This document shows positions 51,390-61,051 of a stretch of DNA of 64,000 bases, piece by piece. The position numbers were made by a program, and so were the translations under genes. The notes below the pieces were generated by a model. That model had not been told where the DNA came from. It saw nothing but the letters and a program-made list of their open reading frames with translations, and did no database searches. The stretch is from assembly GCA_003599505.1 (NCBI GenBank), contig QZKO01000045.1, positions 2,535-66,534 on the forward strand, given 5' to 3'. This DNA is from Nitrospiraceae bacterium. Its GTDB lineage: Bacteria; Nitrospirota; Thermodesulfovibrionia; UBA6902. How positions within the stretch are numbered: position 1 is the first letter of the stretch; the number at the start of each line of letters is the position of its first letter.

Positions 51390-51488
51390 TCAATTCATCC
51401 CGCAGCACTTCTTGTATTTCTTCCCACTGCCGCAGGGACAGGAATCGTTGCGGCTGGTTCTTCCGCTTAATTCTAATCCAACTCCCAT
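51390..51488 (-). CDS. 32-aa SEC-C zinc-motif mini-ORF or gene remnant (absent from ORF track)
   Basis: [32 protein letters not shown]. Confidence 0.6.
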   Translation of the reverse strand: MGVGLELSGRTSRNDSCPCGSGKKYKKCCGMN

Positions 51489-51550
51489 CAAACGGCAAGA
51501 AAATAGTGGAGGGTGTCAAACGTTCGTAAGTGGGGACGTTTTGAAATAAT

Positions 51551-52864
51551 TTACTTCGGCGGAGGCGGAGGGTCAATGAGTGGATAAGCGGGTTTTACCC
51601 TGAAAGGGTTATAAAGTGGATCGCCGACCAGGATCATCTGCCATGAGAGGAAAGGGTTTGTCATGGCAAATACTTCCGCCAGCGAGTAATGCCCGCTCAT
51701 GAGAAGCTGGAAGAAGATGGAGGGAGGCGGAAAAGCGGTAAGATAAGGCTCGGTCACAGGGCCTATGCTTGCAATTACTCCCCTGTCCAGCATACTCTTT
51801 ACCCAGTAATTACGCTTAGGATCATGAAGAGACACGGCTTCTGAGCTTGCAACATGATAACCTACGGCGCCTTTTGCCCACTCAAACGCGTCCCTGTATT
51901 CCCCAAGACTGTACCATCCGCAATAAAGCGCTGCCTCCGGTGCTTCGCCGGGGCCAAACAGCTCAGGCTTATTGTCCAGTACTATGGGCATCAACCCCTT
52001 TTCAAGAATACGCGCGGCCCTTTTTATATCTTCATCGAATTTGGCATATTCGCTTGCCCCGCTCAGTCCCCTGGCATCGAGATAAAGCTTCCCCGCAAGG
52101 CCGGTTTTTTCTACCTCGACCGCTGTTCTCATTATCTTTTCAACCACTTCAGGGGCAGACGCGTCAAGCCTGCTGACCATAAGCGCCTGAGGAGAGTTAT
52201 TCAAACGTCCCCTGATAAAATAAAATTCAGGATTAGGCTGCCATCCCGCAAGCTCATAAGAAGGCGAAAGCAGCAAAGCAAGCTCCGAATCTACAGCCGC
52301 AACCGTGTCCTTGCCTGTCAGATGAGCAAGCTCGAACTGAAGCTTGCCAATTTCTGATTTCAGGGCGTTAAGTTTCTTATGGACCTCTTTGCTGTTTTTA
52401 TTTTCCTTCAGCAGCGTTTCCAGCTCCACTTTCTCTTTATTTTTCTCTCCTATCGTCTCTTCCAATTTTTTAATCGTTTCCTGCGAGGCATCAGGAGGCA
52501 GGGTCTTTGAAATGCGAAGGGGGACGCCGTACACGGTGACGATGCAGCGGATTCTCACACCTTTTTCCTGAAGGCTGTTTATGGTTTTCCGGAGCGGGGC
52601 CGCTATCAGTTCATCATACTGCTTTCGGGTAATCCCTTCCTGGAAAGGGGCCTTGACCCCGGCAATATGCGAAAAAGGTATTTTGCGGAGCTCGCTGTAT
52701 AAACTGCCCAGGCGGACCGAATCGGAAGACTCCGGATTTACGACAATGAGGACCTCTTCCGGCCTGAGAACAGCCTCTGAAGATGCAGGCATAAATATGG
52801 GCCCTGACAGGAGCAAAACAACAAATAAACTGCCCTGCAGCATAGGTGTGAGATAGTTTTTCAT
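51551..52864 (-). CDS. TIGR03790-family exported protein
   Basis: Signal peptide, VSRLD, YCGWYS, GAVGYHVAS, GPVTEPYL.AFP, SWQMILVGDPLY. Confidence 0.82.
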   Translation of the reverse strand: MKNYLTPMLQGSLFVVLLLSGPIFMPASSEAVLRPEEVLIVVNPESSDSVRLGSLYSELRKIPFSHIAGVKAPFQEGITRKQYDELIAAPLRKTINSLQEKGVRIRCIVTVYGVPLRISKTLPPDASQETIKKLEETIGEKNKEKVELETLLKENKNSKEVHKKLNALKSEIGKLQFELAHLTGKDTVAAVDSELALLLSPSYELAGWQPNPEFYFIRGRLNNSPQALMVSRLDASAPEVVEKIMRTAVEVEKTGLAGKLYLDARGLSGASEYAKFDEDIKRAARILEKGLMPIVLDNKPELFGPGEAPEAALYCGWYSLGEYRDAFEWAKGAVGYHVASSEAVSLHDPKRNYWVKSMLDRGVIASIGPVTEPYLTAFPPPSIFFQLLMSGHYSLAEVFAMTNPFLSWQMILVGDPLYNPFRVKPAYPLIDPPPPPK

Positions 52865-52921
52865 ATCATATTTTTCATCTTACTGCAAGAGGCTTTCAGT
52901 CGCGCGGAAAGAAACGCCGTC

Positions 52922-55675
52922 TTATACTTCCAGATATTCTTTTAAAAACCTCCCGGTATGCGATTTCTCTGTTCTTGCGATGTCCTCCGGGGTCCCTTCT
53001 GCCACAATATATCCTCCTTCATCACCGCCCTCGGGGCCGATGTCTATAATCCAGTCTGCGCATTTTATGACATCGAGGTTGTGCTCGACCAGGAGGACCG
53101 TGTTTCCCGCGTCCACAAGCTCGTTAAGGACTCTGAGGAGTTTTTTGATATCATCCGGATGGAGGCCCACGGTGGGCTCATCGAGTATATAGAGATGCTC
53201 TCTTCTGTTGAGGACGCCGAGCTCCTCGCATATCTTCAGGCGCTGGGCCTCACCCCCTGAAAGAGTGGTCGCGGGCTGACCCAGCCTCAGATAGCCGAGG
53301 CCCACTGAAGACATTAACCTCAATTTATTGATAAGCGCCGGCACGGCCCTGAAGAAATCTACGGCCTCGTCCACGGTAAGCTCAAGGACCTCGTAAATGT
53401 TTTTCCCGTTGTACATGACTGAGAGTATCTCCGGCTTATATCTCCTGCCGCCGCATTCTTCACAGGTTACATAGAGATCTTCAAAAAAGTACATCTCCAG
53501 TTTACGGAAACCGGCCCCCTGACAGGCTTCACAGCGGCCGCCTTCCGTATTGAAGGAAAAATGCCCGGGCGCATATCCAAAGATTCTGGACTGGGGCTGT
53601 TCCGCAAAGATTTTTCTGATGTGGTCAAACGCCTTAATATACGTCACCGGATTGGACCTCGGGCTTTTGCCGATGGGGCGCTGGTCTATGATTCTGACTC
53701 CCTTGAGATATTCAAGTCCTTTTATGGATTCGAAGGACCTGGAAGGCTCGAACTCTATTTTAAAAGACAGGGCAAGTGCCCTGTAAATAGTGTCCGTTAC
53801 GATTGTGCTCTTCCCTGAGCCGGAGACGCCGGTCACGCACGTCAGCGTCTGAAGGGGGATGGTTATATCGATATGCTTCAGATTATTGCCGTGCGCGTCT
53901 TTGACGACAAGCATTTTCCCGCTGCCCTTTTTTCTGAGTGAAGGAACGGGTATCTGCCTGATATTTTTCAGATACTCTGCCGTAAGGATATCGGTTTTCA
54001 GAAAATCTTTCTTCCAGCCCGAAAAAAGGACCTGGCCCCCGTTTCTTCCCCCGCCGGGACCCAGTTCCACGATCCAGTCGGACAAGTCGATAACGGCCCT
54101 GTCATGCTCCACAACAATTACCGTATTCCCCGCATCAGCAAGTTCTTTCAGAATTACGGCTATCCTGCCGACATCTCTCGGATGAAGCCCTACTGTAGGC
54201 TCATCGAGCACATAAAGGGTCCCTGTAAGTTTTGACGCAAGCTGGTTGGCAAGGTTTATCCTCTGTGTTTCACCGCCGGAAAGCGTCCTTGACTCCCTGT
54301 TCAGTGTAAGATAGCCGATTCCCACACGCATCAGGAAATCCAGTTTGAGATTGATCTGCCTGAGTATCTCCGATGATAACCCGCGTTCGTATTCCGTCAG
54401 GGCAAGCTTCAGGAAATATCCTTTCATCTGCGCGATTGACATGTCCGTCAGTTGAGCGACATCCAGCCCCCCGATCGTAAACGCGAGCGCCTCGGGGCGC
54501 AGCCTCTTTCCCAGGCAATGTCCGCACGTCACAGCCTTTCTGTACCTGCTTAAGAACACCCGGACATGCAGTTTATAACGCCTTCCTTCAAGGTATTCAA
54601 AAAACCCTTTCAGCCCGTAAAAGTCTGAGTTGCCCATGCGTATCAGCTCCTTAGCCTTGTCCGGGAGGTCTTTGTAAGGGACGTTCAGCCTGATGCCGTG
54701 TGCCTTTGCAGCCCTGGCAAACTGCCTGTACCACCATTTATACGCCGGCTTGCTCCACGGCTCTATGGCGCCTTGTTCAAGAGTAAGGTCTTTGTCCGGG
54801 ACAATACAGTCCCCGGAATATTCGAGAATGTTGCCGAATCCCTTGCATTCAGGACACGCGCCTAACGGGTGGTTGAAGGAAAAAAGGAGGGGCTGCGGCT
54901 TCATGATTTCAAGATTGCAATTATGGCATTCCAGCCCGGAGCTGAAATAAAGGATTTCGTTCTTCGCCGGCGCCTCGCGGACAATCTCCACCTTTACTCT
55001 CCCGTTGCCGTGTTCCCACGCGGTTTCGAGGGAATCGGCAAGACGGGGCCCATCCTTTATCACAAGCCTGTCCAGAAGCACGCTCACAGGGGAGGATTGC
55101 GACGGTCCCCTGTCGCGCTCTGTGATAAGCGACGAAATATCCCTTGCTTCACCTTCTGTCCATATCCGGTGAAATCCTTTATGCATAAGTTCCCGCGGCG
55201 GTTCTTCCGTATCAAAAAGTATCATCGCTTTCTGATCAATATATTTTTCTATAAGCTCTTTTGCCGCGGAAGACGGCGACCATGCCCTTAAGGAGCGGCC
55301 GCATTGCGGACAGTGCGGCCGGGCTATCTTCGCGTAAAGGAGCCTGAGGTAATCATATATTTCCGTAGAGGTGCCGACCGTCGAACGGGATGTTTTGACC
55401 GGGTTCCTCTGTTCAAGCGCTATCGCGGGCCTTATATTCCTGATGGATTCAACATCCGGGCGGTCGAGTTTTTCAAGGAAGAGCCTCGCGTATGTTGAAA
55501 GAGATTCTATAAACCTCCACTGACCTTCGGCAAAGATAGTATCAAAAGCCAGTGAGGACTTCCCCGAACCGGACACCCCGGTAATACAGATTAACAGGTT
55601 ATGAGGCAGACGGAGGCTTATATTCCTGAGATTATTCTGCTTTACACCTTCGATTATGAGTTCGCTTCCGGACAT
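52922..55675 (-). CDS. uvrA: Excinuclease ABC subunit A
   Basis: Two TGVSGSGKS Walker A motifs, LSGGE, DEPTVGLH, zinc fingers. Confidence 0.93.
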   Translation of the reverse strand: MSGSELIIEGVKQNNLRNISLRLPHNLLICITGVSGSGKSSLAFDTIFAEGQWRFIESLSTYARLFLEKLDRPDVESIRNIRPAIALEQRNPVKTSRSTVGTSTEIYDYLRLLYAKIARPHCPQCGRSLRAWSPSSAAKELIEKYIDQKAMILFDTEEPPRELMHKGFHRIWTEGEARDISSLITERDRGPSQSSPVSVLLDRLVIKDGPRLADSLETAWEHGNGRVKVEIVREAPAKNEILYFSSGLECHNCNLEIMKPQPLLFSFNHPLGACPECKGFGNILEYSGDCIVPDKDLTLEQGAIEPWSKPAYKWWYRQFARAAKAHGIRLNVPYKDLPDKAKELIRMGNSDFYGLKGFFEYLEGRRYKLHVRVFLSRYRKAVTCGHCLGKRLRPEALAFTIGGLDVAQLTDMSIAQMKGYFLKLALTEYERGLSSEILRQINLKLDFLMRVGIGYLTLNRESRTLSGGETQRINLANQLASKLTGTLYVLDEPTVGLHPRDVGRIAVILKELADAGNTVIVVEHDRAVIDLSDWIVELGPGGGRNGGQVLFSGWKKDFLKTDILTAEYLKNIRQIPVPSLRKKGSGKMLVVKDAHGNNLKHIDITIPLQTLTCVTGVSGSGKSTIVTDTIYRALALSFKIEFEPSRSFESIKGLEYLKGVRIIDQRPIGKSPRSNPVTYIKAFDHIRKIFAEQPQSRIFGYAPGHFSFNTEGGRCEACQGAGFRKLEMYFFEDLYVTCEECGGRRYKPEILSVMYNGKNIYEVLELTVDEAVDFFRAVPALINKLRLMSSVGLGYLRLGQPATTLSGGEAQRLKICEELGVLNRREHLYILDEPTVGLHPDDIKKLLRVLNELVDAGNTVLLVEHNLDVIKCADWIIDIGPEGGDEGGYIVAEGTPEDIARTEKSHTGRFLKEYLEV

Positions 55676-55841
55676 CCTGATATTTTAACAGGATATTCAG
55701 GGGTTTGGAATATACTGCGGTAAAATGTTTTTCTCCGGGCTGTCAGGGACGCTCACGGGAAGCCCCGGATAAAAAAAACAATAATTTTTTTAAATCAGGT
55801 ATGATTTTATATAAACAACTTCAAAAAGGAGGTCTTGCGGG

Positions 55842-56597
55842 ATGCTCAACTCCCTTGTGCTAACCAGGAAATTAATTCAGACAAAATATCCCTCTTTTGA
55901 ATACACGGTCTTTGATAGTTCACCGGTCACCCCCATGGCCAGGCCTTTAAACGAATGCAAACTGGCGCTGCTGACCACCGGCGGACTCCACCTGAAAACA
56001 GATATGCCGTTCGACACAAAATTTCTTGAAGGAGATTGTTCTTACAGGCTGCTCCCCGGGGACGTCAGGCACGAAGATATCATGGTAACCCATGAATCAT
56101 ACGACCACAAGTTCATCAATGAAGACCTGAACTGCGTATTCCCTATCGACAGGATGAAGGAATATGTGGAGGAGGGAAAGCTCAAATCCCTCTCCGGAGA
56201 ACATTACAGTTTCATGGGCCATATTTATGTCACCGGCCCCCTTCTTGAGAACGCGGCGAAGGTCGGACGCCGGCTGAAAGAACTCGGCGTGGATATCGCT
56301 TTCCTGACGCCTACCTGAGTCATCTGCAACCAGTCGGTCGGACTGGTGGCGAGAAAAATCGAAGAAGCCGGCATAAGCACGGTATGTACTACATTCAGGC
56401 GGGACCTGATCGGGCTTGCGAGGCCTCCAAGGGTCTTGTCCATGAAATTTTCGCCGGGGAAGCCGCTGGGGAATCCCGGGGATGTCGCAACCCAGAGAAA
56501 AATTATCGAAGCCGGTTTCGATCTTTTGCAAAAAAGCATTACCGATATGACAATTATTGATCTCCCTTTCAGGTTAAAGAAATTCGGGATATTCTGA
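55842..56597 (+). CDS. PrdB/GrdB-family selenoprotein (251 aa) with Sec at TGA 56316-56318
   Basis: ORFs 55842-56318 and 56346-56597 are in the same frame; readthrough gives FLTPT-U-VIC-NQSVGLVAR (UxxC); ALLTTGGLH, D.SYR, DLNCVFPIDR, IEEAGISTV motifs. Confidence 0.88.
56329..56347 (+). promoter_or_regulatory. Bacterial SECIS-like hairpin
   Basis: ACCAGTC-GGTCG-GACTGGT, starting at the 11th nt after the UGA. Confidence 0.75.
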
Positions 56598-56634
56598 TTG
56601 CAGCCGTATGAAAAAGACAAGCGCGGGCCCCGGT

Positions 56635-57516
56635 CTAAAAAATAAAACTCACAGGGTCCTTATAGTCATGGCATTTCACGCATAACGTTTTCGCCTGTTC
56701 CCGTCCGACCTTCCATGAATGCGCCTTATGACAATCCAGACATGAGATGTCCCTGTGTCTGTCATGTCTTCCTATGGAATGCTGATTTGTATGGCAGTTG
56801 ATCATGCAGTCGTTCGCCTGAGGTTTAATCCTGCTGTGCGGCTTATGGCATTTCCGGCAATCTAAACCGCTCATGGGGCCTTTTTGAGGAATTTCCTTGT
56901 GACAGTTCAGGCATTTCTGTTTTGTCGGCATCGCCGTCACTTCTCCATACGCGTGGCAGCTCAGGCACGCAAAGCTCTCCATCCCCATCCCGTGCACCCC
57001 CTTGTCTTCATGACACGTCAGACAGTTCCTTTCATCAGGGGGGAAATTATGCATTTCGGCCTCGTGGCATTTATTGCATTCTATCTTTTCCATAAATACA
57101 TGTCTTGCATGCCCGTAGGATTTCCTCATGGTAACGCCGCCCTGTCTTACTGATTCCATATGGCAGGTCTTGCAGCTTTCCCATGGTGTTACCCTGCCGT
57201 GCTCCTGTGCGACGGCGCTTTTGTTGCCGGAAAAGATATATGAAAAAAGCAGCCTGTTCTGGCCCAGAAGGCTCATTGAGTGACAAGTCTGGCACTTTGC
57301 ATTTCTGTGAGAGCTGTTTTCCCATGACTTGTATGACTCTTTCATAAGATGGCAGAGCTCGCAGAATTGCGGATCGTTCTTTGTAAAACTGTAATACCTG
57401 CTCCCTGTAAAAATCGCGAGCGTCACCGCGGCGAGTATCAGAACAATAATTAAAGGTCTGTCCGTTGCGAGGTGCCTGACGATAAATTCGATTAAAGATT
57501 TAAATTTCTTTTCCAT
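56635..57516 (-). CDS. Membrane-anchored multiheme cytochrome c (NapC/NirT-like N-terminus)
   Basis: N-terminal TM; 10 CxxCH motifs plus one CxxxCH (CMINCH). Confidence 0.88.
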   Translation of the reverse strand: MEKKFKSLIEFIVRHLATDRPLIIVLILAAVTLAIFTGSRYYSFTKNDPQFCELCHLMKESYKSWENSSHRNAKCQTCHSMSLLGQNRLLFSYIFSGNKSAVAQEHGRVTPWESCKTCHMESVRQGGVTMRKSYGHARHVFMEKIECNKCHEAEMHNFPPDERNCLTCHEDKGVHGMGMESFACLSCHAYGEVTAMPTKQKCLNCHKEIPQKGPMSGLDCRKCHKPHSRIKPQANDCMINCHTNQHSIGRHDRHRDISCLDCHKAHSWKVGREQAKTLCVKCHDYKDPVSFIF

Positions 57517-57538
57517 ATGCCGGATTTCTTTTATATAG

Positions 57539-57916
57539 TCAGAATGTCAAACCTTCTCTTTCCATAAGCATCTCTCCAAGGAATGAGCCCGGTTTGACCT
57601 CGGAGTTCGGGATAAGCTCTGCCTTATCGAGTCCATAATGTTTAACGCATGACGCGCAGATATAAAACTTGACGCCGAAGTCTTCAATGAGGGTCTTTAT
57701 GAGGTCTGCGAGCGGTGAGAATTCATCTTTCGTCTGCCAGGTCAGCGTCTCTGCAAACCCTTTTTTTGCGAGTAACGCCCCCTTGTCCATCAGGAAGAAG
57801 TCCAGGGTCGCGTCAAAGACTTTCATATTCGTTGCCAGTTGCAAGGCCCCGGCGATTTTATCAGGGTTGTCGTACGAGTGCGTAATGATGAAAACAAATT
57901 TCTTCTTCTCGGTCAT
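57539..57916 (-). CDS. DsrE-family protein
   Basis: FFLMDKGA.LAKKG, FYICASC. Confidence 0.78.
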   Translation of the reverse strand: MTEKKKFVFIITHSYDNPDKIAGALQLATNMKVFDATLDFFLMDKGALLAKKGFAETLTWQTKDEFSPLADLIKTLIEDFGVKFYICASCVKHYGLDKAELIPNSEVKPGSFLGEMLMEREGLTF

Positions 57917-57930
57917 GGAAGGCTCCTTAT

Positions 57931-58025
57931 TTATCGTCTTCTTTCTGTCAGCAGAAGGACGACGCCGGCTGCGATCGCGCCTGCGCCGGCCCAGGCCGGA
58001 ATTTTTACAGTCTCTTTCTCAATGA
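57931..58025 (-). pseudogene. 3' remnant of a small membrane protein (DUF3185-like C-terminus)
   Basis: IEKETVKIPAWAGAGAIAAGVVLLLTERRR*; no ATG before the upstream in-frame stop. Confidence 0.45.
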
Positions 58026-58085
58026 ATCTTCTTTCCTCTATCAGGGTGCTGAATTGCCATTGCGCGTAGCTTTAGCGAAGTGCAA

Positions 58086-58183
58086 TGGCGGGAGCGTGTG
58101 GGAATCGAACCCACCATGCTCACTTGTGGCAAGCAACACCGGATTTGAAGTCCGGGAGGGACACCAGAACCCTATACACTCCC
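58086..58183 (-). tRNA. selC: tRNA-Sec (anticodon UCA)
   Basis: 98 nt; 8-bp acceptor stem GGGAGTGT/ACGCTCCC; anticodon arm with loop CTTCAAA; long variable arm; GGTTCGATTCC; ends GCCA. Confidence 0.95.
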
Positions 58184-58232
58184 ATTATTGGTTTTTAAGG
58201 ATAATACCCTGGGATAACTGCTCCCGGAAACT

Positions 58233-58260
58233 ATTGTAGCAAAATCGCGGTAATTGTCCA
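58233..58260 (-). promoter_or_regulatory. Putative selC promoter
   Basis: TGGACA -16- TACAAT with extended TG. Confidence 0.5.
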
Positions 58261-58357
58261 ATAGCCGGTCTTTGTGTAAAATGTAGGCGACCCTCTTGCC
58301 TCCTCCCTGCCGGGAGAGGGCAAGACCATAGCAGCTTTAATACAAAAAGAACTTTCG

Positions 58358-58606
58358 ATGTTGAAGGGAGCGATTGTCGTTGCTAAACTGGAGACCGCTG
58401 TCAATGAGATAAGAGACAGGACCGGTAAGTCGGTAGATGTTTCAAAGAAAAATATAGATAAGAAACTTTACCAGGCGATTCAGGGATGGGATTCTCTGGA
58501 ACGAAAAGATGTCGAGCAACTGTTTGCTGATGATATTCTTGTGCTGACGGATTCGGAGGAGATAAGGGTGATCAAAGAATTGCGGAAGAAAAAAGGAGCA
58601 ATATAA
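58358..58606 (+). CDS. Small hypothetical protein
   Basis: 82-aa ORF preceded by TGTGTAAAAT and a hairpin. Confidence 0.5.
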   Translation: MLKGAIVVAKLETAVNEIRDRTGKSVDVSKKNIDKKLYQAIQGWDSLERKDVEQLFADDILVLTDSEEIRVIKELRKKKGAI

Positions 58607-58787
58607 CATTTGTGAATTTCAGGTCAAAAACAGTGATTTCCATTTGATCGAAGTAATGTTCTTTATGAGATAAAGATAGAGAGTAAATATGGAGTGAGCC
58701 TTAACTTCGCGCCGATCTCAGGAAAGAAATGTTTAGGCTCAGCAATCTTGATTGAAAAAAGACAACCATTCCGGCTAAACTTGCATT

Positions 58788-59603
58788 GTGAATTCACAAT
58801 CAACTAACGATCAGGAATATCTAACAGTTGTCTTGAATGCCATACGTGTTTGCGCTGATTACCGGCCTAAACTGGGGCACAGCGCAAAGGATGGATACAC
58901 CCTTCAGCAATTTCAGGAGATGTACAGAAATGACCCATTTTATAGTTGGGTGGGTCTCGACAATCCGCTGATGTACGCCGCACATAAAGCAGCCGGCGGT
59001 ATGACAAGCATCTATCGCCAGATTGGAATCGGGTGCGAGAATTTGTTTCGCAAGGTTCTGCAGGATTCGCTGAATCTTACCGAAGATGATGTCAAATGGT
59101 CATACACCGTTAAGAAAGGCCGTGGGAAAACCCGTACCCTTTCTTTAGATGCGCGAATTCAGACCGATATCGTACCTGATCCGAAAGCAAAGACTCGAAT
59201 ACAGTCATGGATAGCCCAAAGCGCTAAGTCGCTGGATGTCAATGACCGTATTGCCTCATCACTCCAGGGAATCGTCTTTGAAGTGCGGCAAGGTTATAAG
59301 AGCAAGGATTCAAAGCGGCAAAACGCTGATATTGCCAATGCTGCTACCGCCTATACAAAAGGTTATCTTCCCTGTGTTGCCATCTTGTCCTTGCAGATCG
59401 ATGAAGCCATTGCCTTACGATATCGTAACGAAAAGTGGATGCTCCTTACCGGGAGCGTTGCGGGGGAATCTCCACTAACGTCAATTTATTCCTTTATGAG
59501 TGAAGTCATCGGCTACGATCTCGCCGCATTCTTCCAACGGCATTCTGATATTCTCAAGGCCGAAGTCAATAACGTGCTTACTAAACTACTTTCAACAAAA
59601 TGA
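58788..59603 (+). CDS. Putative type II restriction endonuclease
   Basis: LD..FEVRQGYKS PD-(D/E)xK-like core; ATGA overlap with a DNA methyltransferase. Confidence 0.65.
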   Translation: MNSQSTNDQEYLTVVLNAIRVCADYRPKLGHSAKDGYTLQQFQEMYRNDPFYSWVGLDNPLMYAAHKAAGGMTSIYRQIGIGCENLFRKVLQDSLNLTEDDVKWSYTVKKGRGKTRTLSLDARIQTDIVPDPKAKTRIQSWIAQSAKSLDVNDRIASSLQGIVFEVRQGYKSKDSKRQNADIANAATAYTKGYLPCVAILSLQIDEAIALRYRNEKWMLLTGSVAGESPLTSIYSFMSEVIGYDLAAFFQRHSDILKAEVNNVLTKLLSTK

Positions 59604-60865
59604 CGACCTTTCTTACTACAAAGCACTACTCTCAAAGGCAGAACGCCCATCTTACGTTTAAACACAATTTAAAACATGGGCGGCATGGCTGGTTAAGATT
59701 AACTCCGGCTTATTCAGTCAAACTCGTTTCTGACATTCTTGCCGACAAGACGCCGGACGCAAAAGTCATTGATCCTTTTTCCGGCACCGGCACAACGCCG
59801 CTTTGTGCTACCTACCTCGGCCTTAAAAGCACCGGCTTGGAGATCAACCCATTCCTTGTGTGGTTCAGCTCTGTTAAAGCAAGAATGTTTAATCCCACAG
59901 TTATTCAGACAACTCAAGAACTTGGCGTAAGCATTGCGGAAGCCTCATCCTCTCCCAAGAGTCTAAAGCTTGACCCGCCGCCGATTCACAACATTTCCCG
60001 ATGGTGGGACAAAGAGGAATTGGAATATCTTTGCAAACTTAAAGCCTGTATTTGCGATGCAACGAAGGACATGACCGGGGAACGTGACCTGCTCTTGGTA
60101 ACCTTTTGCAGAACTGTGATTGCTCTATCAAATGCTGCTTTCAACCATCAATCCATGTCGTTCAAGAGCAATGATAATCGCCCCGGGTTATTTGACAGTC
60201 AACTCAACCATTCCAGTGTGTTCCGTAAGGAGCTTGCTTTTGTCCTTGAAGGCGCAGCCGACAACCCGAACACCACCGCTTGCATCATTACGGGAGATGC
60301 CAGGCAGCCCTCGCGCTATGTGAGGGACAAATACGATATCTTAATTACCTCTCCACCTTACCCTAACCGCATTTCCTACATTCGGGAAATGCGGCCTTAC
60401 ATGTACTGGCTTGATTATCTCACCAATGGCAGGGATGCCGGCGAACTCGATTGGCAGGCCATAGGCGGCACTTGGGGAATTGCAACCAGCAGGCTTACAG
60501 ACTGGAAACCCTCTGAAAACGCCTTCGTCCCTAAAGCGCTGAAAAAGGCAATTAGCGGAATATCCAGACAGGAAAACGCTAACGGTGTGTTGCTTGCCAA
60601 CTATGTATCTAAGTATTTTGACGATATTTGGCATCACATTAAAGATGTTCCGAAAGTGCTGAATGACTGTGCTGAAGTACATTACATTGTCGGCAATTCG
60701 TCATTCTACGGTACCCTTCTGCCGGTTGAGGAAATATACAAAGATATGCTTGAGCAGGCAGGATTCAAAGACGTTCAGATTTTACGTATCCGCAAACGCA
60801 ATTCAAAGGCGGAACTATTTGAATTCGATGTGACCGGTAAAAAATCGAGAAATAAATCCATGTAA
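59600..60865 (+). CDS. Amino-DNA methyltransferase (probably N4-C, alpha motif order)
   Basis: DPFSGTGTT precedes ITSPPY. Confidence 0.85.
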   Translation: MTTFLTTKHYSQRQNAHLTFKHNLKHGRHGWLRLTPAYSVKLVSDILADKTPDAKVIDPFSGTGTTPLCATYLGLKSTGLEINPFLVWFSSVKARMFNPTVIQTTQELGVSIAEASSSPKSLKLDPPPIHNISRWWDKEELEYLCKLKACICDATKDMTGERDLLLVTFCRTVIALSNAAFNHQSMSFKSNDNRPGLFDSQLNHSSVFRKELAFVLEGAADNPNTTACIITGDARQPSRYVRDKYDILITSPPYPNRISYIREMRPYMYWLDYLTNGRDAGELDWQAIGGTWGIATSRLTDWKPSENAFVPKALKKAISGISRQENANGVLLANYVSKYFDDIWHHIKDVPKVLNDCAEVHYIVGNSSFYGTLLPVEEIYKDMLEQAGFKDVQILRIRKRNSKAELFEFDVTGKKSRNKSM

Positions 60866-61051
60866 CGGGCGAGAAGATTGTCGCCTTCCACAAGCAGATT
60901 GCCGCTCCTGCCGGTAGTGATTCTCCACTGCTTTGTGTCCTATCCAATCAAGCCGAGGCATGATTGTTAAATGGCTGCTCAATAATCATACTCCCCATTA
61001 CACTTAAATCCAACATGGTCAAGCAAGTCATCAATGTTGTTCTCCAATACA

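Noticed and set aside
51331..51576. 81-aa ORF in the supplied track
   Set aside because: Shadow frame of the SEC-C motif ORF; no recognisable features
56346..56597. Separate 83-aa gene
   Set aside because: In-frame continuation of the selenoprotein after UGA
58054..58239. 61-aa + strand ORF
   Set aside because: Antisense to tRNA-Sec
60870..60963. EKIVAFHKQIAA resembling a type IIG R-M C-terminal fragment
   Set aside because: Too short and weak to support
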